Positions 28,125-37,422 of a stretch of DNA of 64,000 bases are shown in pieces. The number at the start of each line of letters is the position of its first letter. Within the stretch, counting starts at the first letter, position 1. This DNA is from a virus, in the IMG/VR virus record IMGVR_UViG_3300025151_000023, positions 1 to 64,000 of that record. One strand, written 5' to 3'. The translations under genes were made by a program, and so were the position numbers. The notes below the pieces were generated by a model. That model was not told the origin of the DNA. It was given only the letters and a program-made list of their open reading frames with translations, and made no database searches.

Positions 28125-28757
28125 TTATATATAAAACTCTTTTTCTACAGTAAGGGAATCTCTATTAGTAACCATTACTGCTCTTGGTGTAACTACCTCT
28201 ATTTTTACATACTTGTCTTTCACAAACATATCAGAAGCTGTAATGCCGTCTTCATATGCTCCTTGTATCAAACGTTTTGCGGCGTGGGGCTTTATAACAT
28301 ATCCGTAAGTTCCTTTCAACTGGCGTTCTCCTTTGCGGAACCAATTGAAGTCTTGCACAATTGGTGCTGTACCTAGATCTGGATCTGGTTCAATCCATCG
28401 ATGATTATCTAAGTGCAATACATCTGTGAACGGTTGTAAAAATGTATTTGATACAACTTTAGAATCATGTTCTAAAACTAATATGTTTTCGTTCAGTTCA
28501 ACACATTTTTTCCAAACATTAAGATGTGAAATCATACAACCTCTCACGCCACCTTTTTTATTTTTAATTCTAAACAATTTAGGGCCTGGGTCATACATTT
28601 TTAATTTTTCTTTAGCAATGTATTCATCTGCTCTTTTAGGTGTATATCCTACAAATAGTTCTACATCTAGTCCAAAATCTTTTGCACTACTTACAGCTAA
28701 TTTGCTTGCTGTTACAGTGCTTTCTATTTCGGGTAGATATATTACAAACGATTTCAT
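28125..28757 (-). CDS. GT25 glycosyltransferase
   Basis: FVIYL, GCMISH..W, LVLEHD, GTYGY. Confidence 0.8.
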   Translation of the reverse strand: MKSFVIYLPEIESTVTASKLAVSSAKDFGLDVELFVGYTPKRADEYIAKEKLKMYDPGPKLFRIKNKKGGVRGCMISHLNVWKKCVELNENILVLEHDSKVVSNTFLQPFTDVLHLDNHRWIEPDPDLGTAPIVQDFNWFRKGERQLKGTYGYVIKPHAAKRLIQGAYEDGITASDMFVKDKYVKIEVVTPRAVMVTNRDSLTVEKEFYI

Positions 28758-29740
28758 TACTTTAACATTTGCTCAACGTGTGGACGAAAACGTTTCCAAA
28801 CCATTCCTGATTTTACTTCGTCTATAGTCCAATTGGCATATGCTAAATCGTTCAACCATTGTGTACGATCCGGAGTTGTTGGGCTTTCGATTTTGCTGAA
28901 ATCTGCATTTCCTACATCCCAAGCTAGGCATAGATCTGATGTCAAAAACACAGGAATGCCATATGTTGCGGCATCAACGGCCGCTGTTGAATTATGAGTG
29001 ACTACTGCCCAACAGTTTTGTAATTCTTCCAGAAACGTGAATCTGTAATCAGCTGTAGGCCCGCCACCTTTAGTAACACTTGTTACTTCAATTTGTGGAT
29101 GTTTCTTTGCCATGTCGTTAGCACATTTTATTGCGTGATTTGGATGTGGTCGCAATTTAATTTTTCGATCTGTGTGTGGTTTAAGTTTTTCAATTACTTC
29201 GTCAACCCATACATATGGGTCAGTTTTAGTTCTTGACATGGACCAGTTGTCTATTGGTTGTGTGCATAATAAAATATGCTCACCTTTTTCTCTCCATGGC
29301 CTAGATTTTGTTTCTAAAAATTTTTCTATTTGTGCCCATCTGTCTCCTGGAGAATTTTGATTTAAAAAATTACCGTCATTCATTGGTGACCACAATCCAC
29401 ATCTAAAATAATGTTTTGCCCAATCAGTGGCACGATTACCCATGCTGGTCCATATGCCACCATCAAACGAAATACACACTCCGCCGTGTTTTTCGTGGTG
29501 CTGTCTAATTTTTCTTCTGTTGCCTTTTAAAAAATCGCCTGCTGAATCTGGACCATAACCAAAATGTACAGCAACTTTTTCATGTGGCTCGCCAGCGTAT
29601 TTTTCTGGGTCTCCTTTTCCTTCGATCCATATGGCTTCGTCGCCTACTGCTTTAATACCTTCAGCCCATGCTTTGATCATCTCGAATGAGGCACCTTTGC
29701 CTCTGCGTTTAACTGTGTTGCGAAAAACTTCTACTTTCAT
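28757..29740 (-). CDS. KpsC/KpsS-like glycosyltransferase
   Basis: CTQ..D.S, RPHP, VVTHNSTAAVDAATYGIPVF. Confidence 0.7.
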   Translation of the reverse strand: MKVEVFRNTVKRRGKGASFEMIKAWAEGIKAVGDEAIWIEGKGDPEKYAGEPHEKVAVHFGYGPDSAGDFLKGNRRKIRQHHEKHGGVCISFDGGIWTSMGNRATDWAKHYFRCGLWSPMNDGNFLNQNSPGDRWAQIEKFLETKSRPWREKGEHILLCTQPIDNWSMSRTKTDPYVWVDEVIEKLKPHTDRKIKLRPHPNHAIKCANDMAKKHPQIEVTSVTKGGGPTADYRFTFLEELQNCWAVVTHNSTAAVDAATYGIPVFLTSDLCLAWDVGNADFSKIESPTTPDRTQWLNDLAYANWTIDEVKSGMVWKRFRPHVEQMLK

Positions 29741-30615
29741 TATTGTCCTTGATAATATTTGATAATGTTTTCTATGTCTAATGGTCTGTCAGTTTTAATG
29801 TATTGCTCTTGTTTACTGTAGTCAACATAATAATCGCGTTTGTCTTTGTCTTCGTCTTCAACAATTTTAACATCAATATCAATATATTTTTGTATCTCTT
29901 CGACAATGCCACGTTTAGTTACATTCAGCTGTGTTGCTCCTACATTGAAAATTTCTTTATTAAATTTGTCAAAATTATCTACCACATAGCCTAGTACATT
30001 TGCAATGTCATTAACATGATAAAATGTTCTTTCTGCATTTGGTTGATATAATTCTATTTTGCCATGTTTTACAGCATCATGACACAGTGTGTGTATTAAC
30101 AAGTCATGTCGCATTTTGAAAGACAAACCGTAAGCAGTTGCAGGACGTAAAATTGTCCAGTTGTCAATTTGTTTTACTATTTGCTCACCTTCAAGTTTTG
30201 TTTTAGCATATAGTGTTGCAGGATTACATTCTAAAGTTTCGACACATGGTTCACTTAGTGCACCATACACACTACCAGTTGATAAGAAAATAGTTGGCTT
30301 GTTCATTGCACAAATTGCCTTTACGCCTTCTATGTTAGTTCGATGTGTTTCTTCAGGGTGTTTATCACAGTCAATATAACCAACCTTTGCCGCCAAATGT
30401 AATATCATGTCAACATCATTAAAAATGCTTAGATCATCGCATACATCATATTTTTTGAACACAACATTTTTATTGTATTCTAGTGCAATGCCTAATCGTT
30501 GCTCCAATGCTGTTTGTGACGAATCTATGCACATCAACGTGTGATTTGTGTTACGCATATTATAGATAAACTGTGTGCCAATATATCCAAGTGCGCCTGT
30601 AACTAATATTTTCAT
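29740..30615 (-). CDS. NAD-dependent epimerase/dehydratase (SDR)
   Basis: TGALGYIG, HLAA, STGSVYG, YAKTK. Confidence 0.9.
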   Translation of the reverse strand: MKILVTGALGYIGTQFIYNMRNTNHTLMCIDSSQTALEQRLGIALEYNKNVVFKKYDVCDDLSIFNDVDMILHLAAKVGYIDCDKHPEETHRTNIEGVKAICAMNKPTIFLSTGSVYGALSEPCVETLECNPATLYAKTKLEGEQIVKQIDNWTILRPATAYGLSFKMRHDLLIHTLCHDAVKHGKIELYQPNAERTFYHVNDIANVLGYVVDNFDKFNKEIFNVGATQLNVTKRGIVEEIQKYIDIDVKIVEDEDKDKRDYYVDYSKQEQYIKTDRPLDIENIIKYYQGQ

Positions 30616-31472
30616 TTTAAATCCTTCCAATATGCGTGTGTTTGATTAGTTGTAAGATCTGATTTTTTGCTTTTCATTTGATCCTTGCGTTCAAATCCTT
30701 TGAGATGATCCATGTATTGTCCTAGTTCAGAATTTATAAAAGGATGTCGTGCCTTTCTTGCACCGCCAAATCTTCCATCATTCAGATCTTCATTTTTAAT
30801 TTTTCCAGCTTGTTCCATTTCTATTCTCACAGCATCAAAGGTGAATGAATCAGTATAACCTGCCCTTGGGAAACTATTTAAAAATCCTTTTTGTATGTTA
30901 AAAAATAGATCATCATCATAATACTGTTGCCAACGTTTGAAAAATTCTTCTGCAAATTCGTGTGCAGTGTTAAAAGCATAATAACCAGTTTCGGAAAATC
31001 CTTTTTTGGGCCTGCCAAGATATGATGTGAACGCATGGTCTGGAATTATATGTTCCAACCAAGACATAGGCACTGGTTCAAATGTAATGATATCCGCATC
31101 TAGGTACCACATCATGTCTGGTTTTGTTTTTTGATATGCGTCAATACAAGCAAAAACTTTGTACGAAAATCTTATAGCATCATATTCAAATTCATAATCT
31201 TTCATACCTAGTGTTTGTAACTTTGGGTTATTAGTATGTCGATCAATAAAGTTTTGTAAAGATGGTTGTTCTTTACATAAGTTGTAGTATTCAAATCTAT
31301 CACCAGCTTGATTTATTTCTTTATCAGCGGGCAATGTTTGTGACATGTTGTCAGGATACACTAAAATTTTTGCATGGCTTGGCCAATTTTTTGCCGTAGT
31401 TTCTAAAGACTTTGTAACTGGCAATGGAAAATATCTTGGACTATATGTTGATACTATGGTTAATGATTTCAT
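30612..31472 (-). CDS. GT-A nucleotide-diphospho-sugar transferase (paralog 1)
   Basis: DAIRFSYKVFA, YLDAD, ETG, DS, DHLKG. Confidence 0.75.
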   Translation of the reverse strand: MKSLTIVSTYSPRYFPLPVTKSLETTAKNWPSHAKILVYPDNMSQTLPADKEINQAGDRFEYYNLCKEQPSLQNFIDRHTNNPKLQTLGMKDYEFEYDAIRFSYKVFACIDAYQKTKPDMMWYLDADIITFEPVPMSWLEHIIPDHAFTSYLGRPKKGFSETGYYAFNTAHEFAEEFFKRWQQYYDDDLFFNIQKGFLNSFPRAGYTDSFTFDAVRIEMEQAGKIKNEDLNDGRFGGARKARHPFINSELGQYMDHLKGFERKDQMKSKKSDLTTNQTHAYWKDLK

Positions 31473-32641
31473 GCTAATTTTACTATTGTGTCATACATTG
31501 CATCGATGCCTTCTTTTATGTCTTGAACACCGTTACCTACAAAGAATCCTTCTGACTCTATTTCTTCAGCACCTTCGTACGTTCCTTTAGCGTCATACTG
31601 TTGCATTTGTAAAACAGGTTGTTTAAGCCAGTTGCCAGATGCAAGTGGTCTTGATTGTACACCTGCTTTTGATAAAGCAGTGACAACTTCGTCTCTTCTA
31701 CCTTGAAGCGGACCAGTCATTATACAACCAAAGCTAAACCAACTAGACTCTTGTGTTTCTTTTTGTAAACGTATCCATGGTTTGTCGGCAAACTTTTTAA
31801 AAAAATATTCTTTATTTTTCATTCTTGCTTCAACCATTGAAGGCCATTTTTTAAGTTGCTCGGAACCAATGGCTCCACTGAATTCTAATGGACGTATAGC
31901 ATAGCCTGGGGTAACAAATGTAAAGTTGTCCTTCCATGCGCCTGTCTTTGGAAACAATGGATTGTTATCACTTAAATCTCGTACCCATCCGTGAGCTCTC
32001 AAAGATTTCAACCAATCAGCATCTTCTTGGCTGTCAACAACAACCATGCCACCTTCCATTGTTTGCATGTGATGTGAAAAGAAAAAAGAATGTGTGCCAA
32101 TTAATCCGTGACTACCAGTATATCTGTTGTTATATTTTGCACCCATTGATTCGCAATTATCTTCAATTACAAACAAATTGTGTTTGTCTGCTATTTTATA
32201 AATTGCGTCAAAATCACATGGATTGCCTAGCAAATTTATACACAGTATTGCTGAAGTTTCAGGTGTTATTTGCTGTTCTATTTTTTCTGGATCAATGTTA
32301 AATGTGTTTGGATCAACATCTACAAAGTTTAATTTAAAACCACATTGGTTTACTGGAAAGTAACTTGTTGACCAACCTACTGCTGGAACAATTACGTTAC
32401 CAGTGAGATTATACTTTAATTTTAACAAAGACATCATCAATAAATTTGCAGATGATCCTGAGTTGCACATTACAGCATGACCGTGACCAAAATATTGTGC
32501 ATATTCTTCTTCAAACTTTTTAACATGTGAACCCATAGTGTACATGTCAGTTGCAATAACTTTTTGTATGGCATCAATTTCTTCTTGTCCCCAAGTGCTA
32601 GACGCTAATGGGTATACTATATTAGGCATGTTTTTTGTCAC
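31469..32641 (-). CDS. colD: DegT/DnrJ-family PLP enzyme, ColD-like GDP-4-keto-6-deoxymannose 3-dehydratase
   Basis: N-terminal YPLASSTW, NSGSSANL, EDNCESMGA, SHHMQTMEGG (His instead of the Schiff-base Lys). Confidence 0.8.
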   Translation of the reverse strand: MTKNMPNIVYPLASSTWGQEEIDAIQKVIATDMYTMGSHVKKFEEEYAQYFGHGHAVMCNSGSSANLLMMSLLKLKYNLTGNVIVPAVGWSTSYFPVNQCGFKLNFVDVDPNTFNIDPEKIEQQITPETSAILCINLLGNPCDFDAIYKIADKHNLFVIEDNCESMGAKYNNRYTGSHGLIGTHSFFFSHHMQTMEGGMVVVDSQEDADWLKSLRAHGWVRDLSDNNPLFPKTGAWKDNFTFVTPGYAIRPLEFSGAIGSEQLKKWPSMVEARMKNKEYFFKKFADKPWIRLQKETQESSWFSFGCIMTGPLQGRRDEVVTALSKAGVQSRPLASGNWLKQPVLQMQQYDAKGTYEGAEEIESEGFFVGNGVQDIKEGIDAMYDTIVKLA

Positions 32642-33356
32642 CTTTCATATGAACTAAAAACTGCGCCAGTGGCGATTTTGGAACTGGGTCACTGTTTTTA
32701 AGTCCTGGATGATATTTCATCAAATCCATTTGTTTACAGTCTTTGAAAGAGTCTCTACCAATAGCCATGGTATATTGGTCAGCCTGCATGTTATCATAGC
32801 CCCATAGCTCGTCTGTTAGATATATTTCTTCCATTCTGTTTGCCCAATCTTTGGCTTTTGGATGTTTAGGATTGTGCATGTAAAATCCAGTTTCGTCTCT
32901 TAGTTTTTTTCTATCAAAAAATGTGCAAAGCGAATCAGGTGGACATATTTCCCTTAGATAGTCTAAGTTTGGTTCTGCTGTGTACACAGTATCAGCATCA
33001 GAATATAATATTATGTCTGCTGTTGAATTTTTTATCCTGTGTGTTTGTGCAAAAACTTTGTGTGAAAATTTTACACCATCATTTTTCCAAACAAACTTAC
33101 CACGGTCTTCTCGCCATCCACACTTGACTGGATCTTTTCTAGCTTCAGTAACCCATGCTTCTAGTTTTGGTTGTTCTGTATATAAATCGTGATATGAAAT
33201 ATTTGGCTCTAACAATTCTGGTTCTTGTTCTTGGTAATAAACATGAAGTGTGCAGTCTTTTGGCCAATATTTGATGAATGATTCTATCATGCGTTTTCCA
33301 CAAATATCATAATATTCTTTATTATATGTTGTGCAAACTTCTACTGTTCTACTCAT
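32622..33356 (-). CDS. GT-A transferase (paralog 2)
   Basis: KFSHKVFA, YSDAD, ETG, HMKG. Confidence 0.75.
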   Translation of the reverse strand: MSRTVEVCTTYNKEYYDICGKRMIESFIKYWPKDCTLHVYYQEQEPELLEPNISYHDLYTEQPKLEAWVTEARKDPVKCGWREDRGKFVWKNDGVKFSHKVFAQTHRIKNSTADIILYSDADTVYTAEPNLDYLREICPPDSLCTFFDRKKLRDETGFYMHNPKHPKAKDWANRMEEIYLTDELWGYDNMQADQYTMAIGRDSFKDCKQMDLMKYHPGLKNSDPVPKSPLAQFLVHMKGDKKHA

Positions 33357-33537
33357 TGTTAGCCCCTTCTAATCCTTTTTCCATAAATCTATTAAATCTT
33401 TCCAACTTTTTATCTTTAATTCTATGTAGTCCTAACTTTACAAACCTCTTCCACCAAAATTCTTCTTGCAAATAAACACGCCAACTTTCTTTTGTATAAT
33501 CTTCTTCGCCAGCTGGTTTGTTTCTGTGTTCTTGCAT
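33349..33537 (-). CDS. hypothetical protein
   Basis: First ORF of the minus-strand operon; overlaps next start. Confidence 0.5.
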   Translation of the reverse strand: MQEHRNKPAGEEDYTKESWRVYLQEEFWWKRFVKLGLHRIKDKKLERFNRFMEKGLEGANNE

Positions 33538-33612
33538 AATTTAGTTTTAAATAATTGCATTATGTGTTACTATAATTATGATTAGTAATAATGTACATTG
33601 GAGCAAAGTGAT

Positions 33613-34425
33613 ATGCGATCTATATCAGTAATTACAACGTTTTCTGCCTTAGGCTGGCACTCTTATGGCAAGAGAATGATTGACTCTTTTGTAAAGTATT
33701 GGCCAAAAGAAATAAAATTGATAGTGTATTACGAAGAAAAGCCAAAAGATGTTGATTATGGTGATCAAGTACAATGGGTCAACTTTGAACAAGCAAGTCC
33801 AGAGCTAGTAGCATATAAGAAGAAACATAAAACAAATCCATTTGCAACTGGTTGGAAAATAGGTACTGATCCAAAATCAAAATATTCATATTTGTGGGAT
33901 GCTGTAAAATTTGCACATAAATCGTTTTGTGTATCACATGCGGCTCTCAATAGTTCCACAGATATTATCATCTGGTTAGATGCAGATGTCGTTACCCACA
34001 ATTTTGTATCGCGGGAACATATTGAGAGCCTGTTACCTCAAAACAGTTATTGTGCATATTTAGGTAGAAAGAAAATTTATCCTGAATGCGGATTTGTTAT
34101 GTATGATTGTACTAGTGAATACAACGAACCATTTATGAAAGAATGGCAAGAATTGTACACAAAAGACAAACTATTCAAACTAGCAGAATATCACGATTCT
34201 TATTTGTTTCAGCATTTAGTAGAACACTTTGAATTTGTGTTTCCAGATTTTAAACACACTAGCATTTCTGGTAGTCATCCTAATCGCCCAGGTGTGCATG
34301 TTTTTATTAATTCTCCATTAGGGCAATATATGGATCACCTAAAAGGAGCAAGGAAAATTAAAGGCAAATCAAAAAAAGAAGATTTGTATGTTAATAGGCA
34401 AGAAGATTATTGGAAAAAAGTATGA
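33613..34425 (+). CDS. GT-A transferase (paralog 3)
   Basis: DAVKFAHK, WLDAD, ECGF, HDS, DHLKG; GGAG SD. Confidence 0.75.
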   Translation: MRSISVITTFSALGWHSYGKRMIDSFVKYWPKEIKLIVYYEEKPKDVDYGDQVQWVNFEQASPELVAYKKKHKTNPFATGWKIGTDPKSKYSYLWDAVKFAHKSFCVSHAALNSSTDIIIWLDADVVTHNFVSREHIESLLPQNSYCAYLGRKKIYPECGFVMYDCTSEYNEPFMKEWQELYTKDKLFKLAEYHDSYLFQHLVEHFEFVFPDFKHTSISGSHPNRPGVHVFINSPLGQYMDHLKGARKIKGKSKKEDLYVNRQEDYWKKV

Positions 34426-35249
34426 AAATATTAGTTACCGGTTGTTCACATATTTTTGGTACTGATCTTAAAGATTGTGACGGTATTACGTCAAGTAAAT
34501 TGACTTGGCCAATGTTACTGTTTCCGAACGCAACAAATATTTCAAAACCTGGTGCAAGTCCAAACACAATAGCAAGGCGTGTATTAATGTACCTATCTTA
34601 TAATTCACCAAAACCTATTGACGGAGTTATAGTCCAATGGCCGAACCTTAACAGATGGGAATCAGTATCGCCTGATTTTGATATGACTGGAGAAGATTGG
34701 CCATATCAAACTATTGGGCAACATGAAAGCCATCAATATAATGATAAAGCTACGTTGGCTTGGAAAATGCACATAGCAGGCACTGACTTGTATAATGTGC
34801 ATATTCAAAATGTACAAACAATTATCATGCTTAATTCTATACTACGTTTAAAAAAAATAAAATGTGTAAATTTACTTTCAAATCCTATTTCTACTGATAA
34901 AAGGTTACAACCAAATCAACAAAACACTATATCTAAGCCAAAACGTTTTTCTATTGGGGACTTGAAACGTTGGGGCTTTTGGAATGCTATACATTCAGGT
35001 TTGTGTCATAGCTTTGGAATCAATACTAGTACAGATGCTGATATCAAAGTTGCTGATGATGATGTGTTTGAACGTGTGTTGATGAATGAATTGTCTTTGT
35101 ACAAATGGTTAGATTTAGATGGAATGTCATGGACGGAATGGGCATCACACAACAATTATCAAACAACCAATTGGCACTACAGCGAACAGGCTCATGTAGA
35201 TGCATCTAAATTATTAGAAAACAAAATAGGAAATATTTTTGAAACTTAA
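34422..35249 (+). CDS. SGNH/GDSL-like protein
   Basis: VTGCSH, PGAS, QWP..R, C-terminal HY...AH. Confidence 0.65.
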   Translation: MKILVTGCSHIFGTDLKDCDGITSSKLTWPMLLFPNATNISKPGASPNTIARRVLMYLSYNSPKPIDGVIVQWPNLNRWESVSPDFDMTGEDWPYQTIGQHESHQYNDKATLAWKMHIAGTDLYNVHIQNVQTIIMLNSILRLKKIKCVNLLSNPISTDKRLQPNQQNTISKPKRFSIGDLKRWGFWNAIHSGLCHSFGINTSTDADIKVADDDVFERVLMNELSLYKWLDLDGMSWTEWASHNNYQTTNWHYSEQAHVDASKLLENKIGNIFET

Positions 35250-36027
35250 CATTATTAATAATAATCATGGTGATGACAGTAAAGCATGGTACAGCTTAAA
35301 GCCCTTACATCAATATATTGATAAAAATGGCATACCTACTATGTGGGGATTAGCAAGTACAAATTACACAAAGGCAGTGTCATATGTTGAAAATAAAAAA
35401 CCATGGTTGTTTTGTGATATGCCATACTGGGGAAGATGGAATCCATTGAAAATGGCAGTCAATCCTCATGGTGAATATTTTTGGCGCACTTGTTTGAATG
35501 GTATACACGTTAATAAAATTATAAATGACTTGCCGCATGATAGAATAAAAAATATTACAATCAAAGACTGGAGAACAAAAGGAGAGTACATATTGATTGC
35601 TCCTTCGTCACCAACAGTGAATAGATTCATAGGACAGCCAAACTGGGAACACGATACAATAAAGTTTTTAAAGACTATGACAGATATGCCAATAAAAGTT
35701 AGGCACAAACCTCGTAAAAGTGGCAAAAGTGGACCAGCTTATGCTTTAACACCATTAGCAGACGATTTGCAAAATGCATCATGTGTAATAACAAGTTGTT
35801 CTATGGTAGCTGTTGACGCCATTATTGAAGGGATTCCTGTGTATTGTCACTCTCTTGCTTGTACGCATCCAGTGGCACAAGATATCAAAAAATACGGACA
35901 GCCGGTATATGCAGAAAATAGAAAAGATTGGTTAGCAACCTTAAGTTATCATCAATATACAAGTGAAGAAATACAATCAGGGTTGTTTGCAAAAATGTTT
36001 AAGGAGATGTATCATGTTATGCGTTAG
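35239..36027 (+). CDS. KpsC/KpsS-like glycosyltransferase
   Basis: RHKP, VITSCSMVAVDAIIEGIPVY. Confidence 0.65.
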   Translation: MKLNIINNNHGDDSKAWYSLKPLHQYIDKNGIPTMWGLASTNYTKAVSYVENKKPWLFCDMPYWGRWNPLKMAVNPHGEYFWRTCLNGIHVNKIINDLPHDRIKNITIKDWRTKGEYILIAPSSPTVNRFIGQPNWEHDTIKFLKTMTDMPIKVRHKPRKSGKSGPAYALTPLADDLQNASCVITSCSMVAVDAIIEGIPVYCHSLACTHPVAQDIKKYGQPVYAENRKDWLATLSYHQYTSEEIQSGLFAKMFKEMYHVMR

Positions 36028-36817
36028 AACAATGAGGCCTTTTACTGAAAAAATTATTTCAGCATGGGCAAAAGGATGTGATGGGGATATTATTCCTCCC
36101 ATTAAAGATTATCAAGGCATGCGAAAAAGCACGTATGCGTTTTTAGGAGTACTGAGGGGATCTGGCGATATGTTGAAAAGATGTATGGCCAAAGGTTATG
36201 ATTATTATTTTATTGACCATGCATATTTTTTAGGTGGACATGATCGAAATCCAGCATGGTATAGAGCAACTAAAAATGGACATGTTGCACATATTTTGAA
36301 AGATAGACCTAGTGATAGATATGAAAAATATTTTAAACAAGACATAAAACCATATCGATCAGGCAGTAAAATAATCGTCTGTCCGCCCACTGGAGCCATT
36401 GAGTGGATGTTTGACACACAAGATTGGCTTAACACCACTGTAGGCGCTTTAAAACAGCATACAGACCGTGAAATAGTGGTGAGGGATAAGCCTATGAATC
36501 CTCAAGTGAAAAAAGAAAATGGTGTAACCACTATTGATGGTTTTATCAAAACACAAGATGACAAACCATTGCAACAAGACTTAGATGACGCCCATTGTGT
36601 AGTGACTTTTAATTCAGGGGTTGGAGTAAAAGCATTGTGTGAAGGCATACCTGTCATTTGTGGAACAGAATGTGCGGCATATCCTATTGCAAACAAAATA
36701 GAGGACATTGAAAATCTACAACAGCATGAAAGGCAACCGTGGCTTAATCACCTTGCATATTCTCAGTTTACTTTAGCAGAAATGGAATCTGGGTATGCCT
36801 TAGAACAATGTACTTAG
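36014..36817 (+). CDS. KpsC/KpsS-like glycosyltransferase
   Basis: RDKP, VVTFNSGVGVKALCEGIPV; AAGGAG SD. Confidence 0.65.
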   Translation: MLCVRTMRPFTEKIISAWAKGCDGDIIPPIKDYQGMRKSTYAFLGVLRGSGDMLKRCMAKGYDYYFIDHAYFLGGHDRNPAWYRATKNGHVAHILKDRPSDRYEKYFKQDIKPYRSGSKIIVCPPTGAIEWMFDTQDWLNTTVGALKQHTDREIVVRDKPMNPQVKKENGVTTIDGFIKTQDDKPLQQDLDDAHCVVTFNSGVGVKALCEGIPVICGTECAAYPIANKIEDIENLQQHERQPWLNHLAYSQFTLAEMESGYALEQCT

Positions 36818-37422
36818 ACACTAAGCATAAAATATTATTCATACACATACCACGCACTGGTGGATCATGGCTAGGCTACAAAATGATGGACTTTTGTTAT
36901 CCAATGTACAGGGGAGTTGGCCAAGAAATATTTACAAAGTCAGGGGAAAAGTACCCTGTTGGCAGGCACACAACTTTAGAAAAAATTTATAGTTTACAAT
37001 ATCTAATACAAGACGACATAAACACTTACTATAAAATTGCTGTATCAAGGCATCCATACACAAGATTTATATCAGCATTTGATTATTTTAAAAATATTAC
37101 AGATACCGCTGAAAGACATAATTTAAAAACTTTAGAAGATATGATGTCTTGGATAGAAGATGGAGCAGACAAACAACACATTTTGCCTCAGTCATATTGG
37201 TACGATGAGAGATTTAACAACTTTTACAAATTTGAAAATATAGAAGATTTAAATTTACAATTATGGATACCAAAATGGCACAATAGCGATACAATAATTC
37301 AAAAAGGTAAACGTAGAGGTATTCAAAAGTCAAAACATAAAGCTAAATTGAGTGAAAAACTAAAAGAACGAATATTTAAATTTTATAACAAAGATTTTTA
37401 TTTGTTTGACTATGTTAGATAG
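36808..37422 (+). CDS. sulfotransferase family 2 protein
   Basis: FIHIPRTGGS (5'-PSB), RHPYTRFIS (3'-PB). Confidence 0.8.
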   Translation: MYLDTKHKILFIHIPRTGGSWLGYKMMDFCYPMYRGVGQEIFTKSGEKYPVGRHTTLEKIYSLQYLIQDDINTYYKIAVSRHPYTRFISAFDYFKNITDTAERHNLKTLEDMMSWIEDGADKQHILPQSYWYDERFNNFYKFENIEDLNLQLWIPKWHNSDTIIQKGKRRGIQKSKHKAKLSEKLKERIFKFYNKDFYLFDYVR

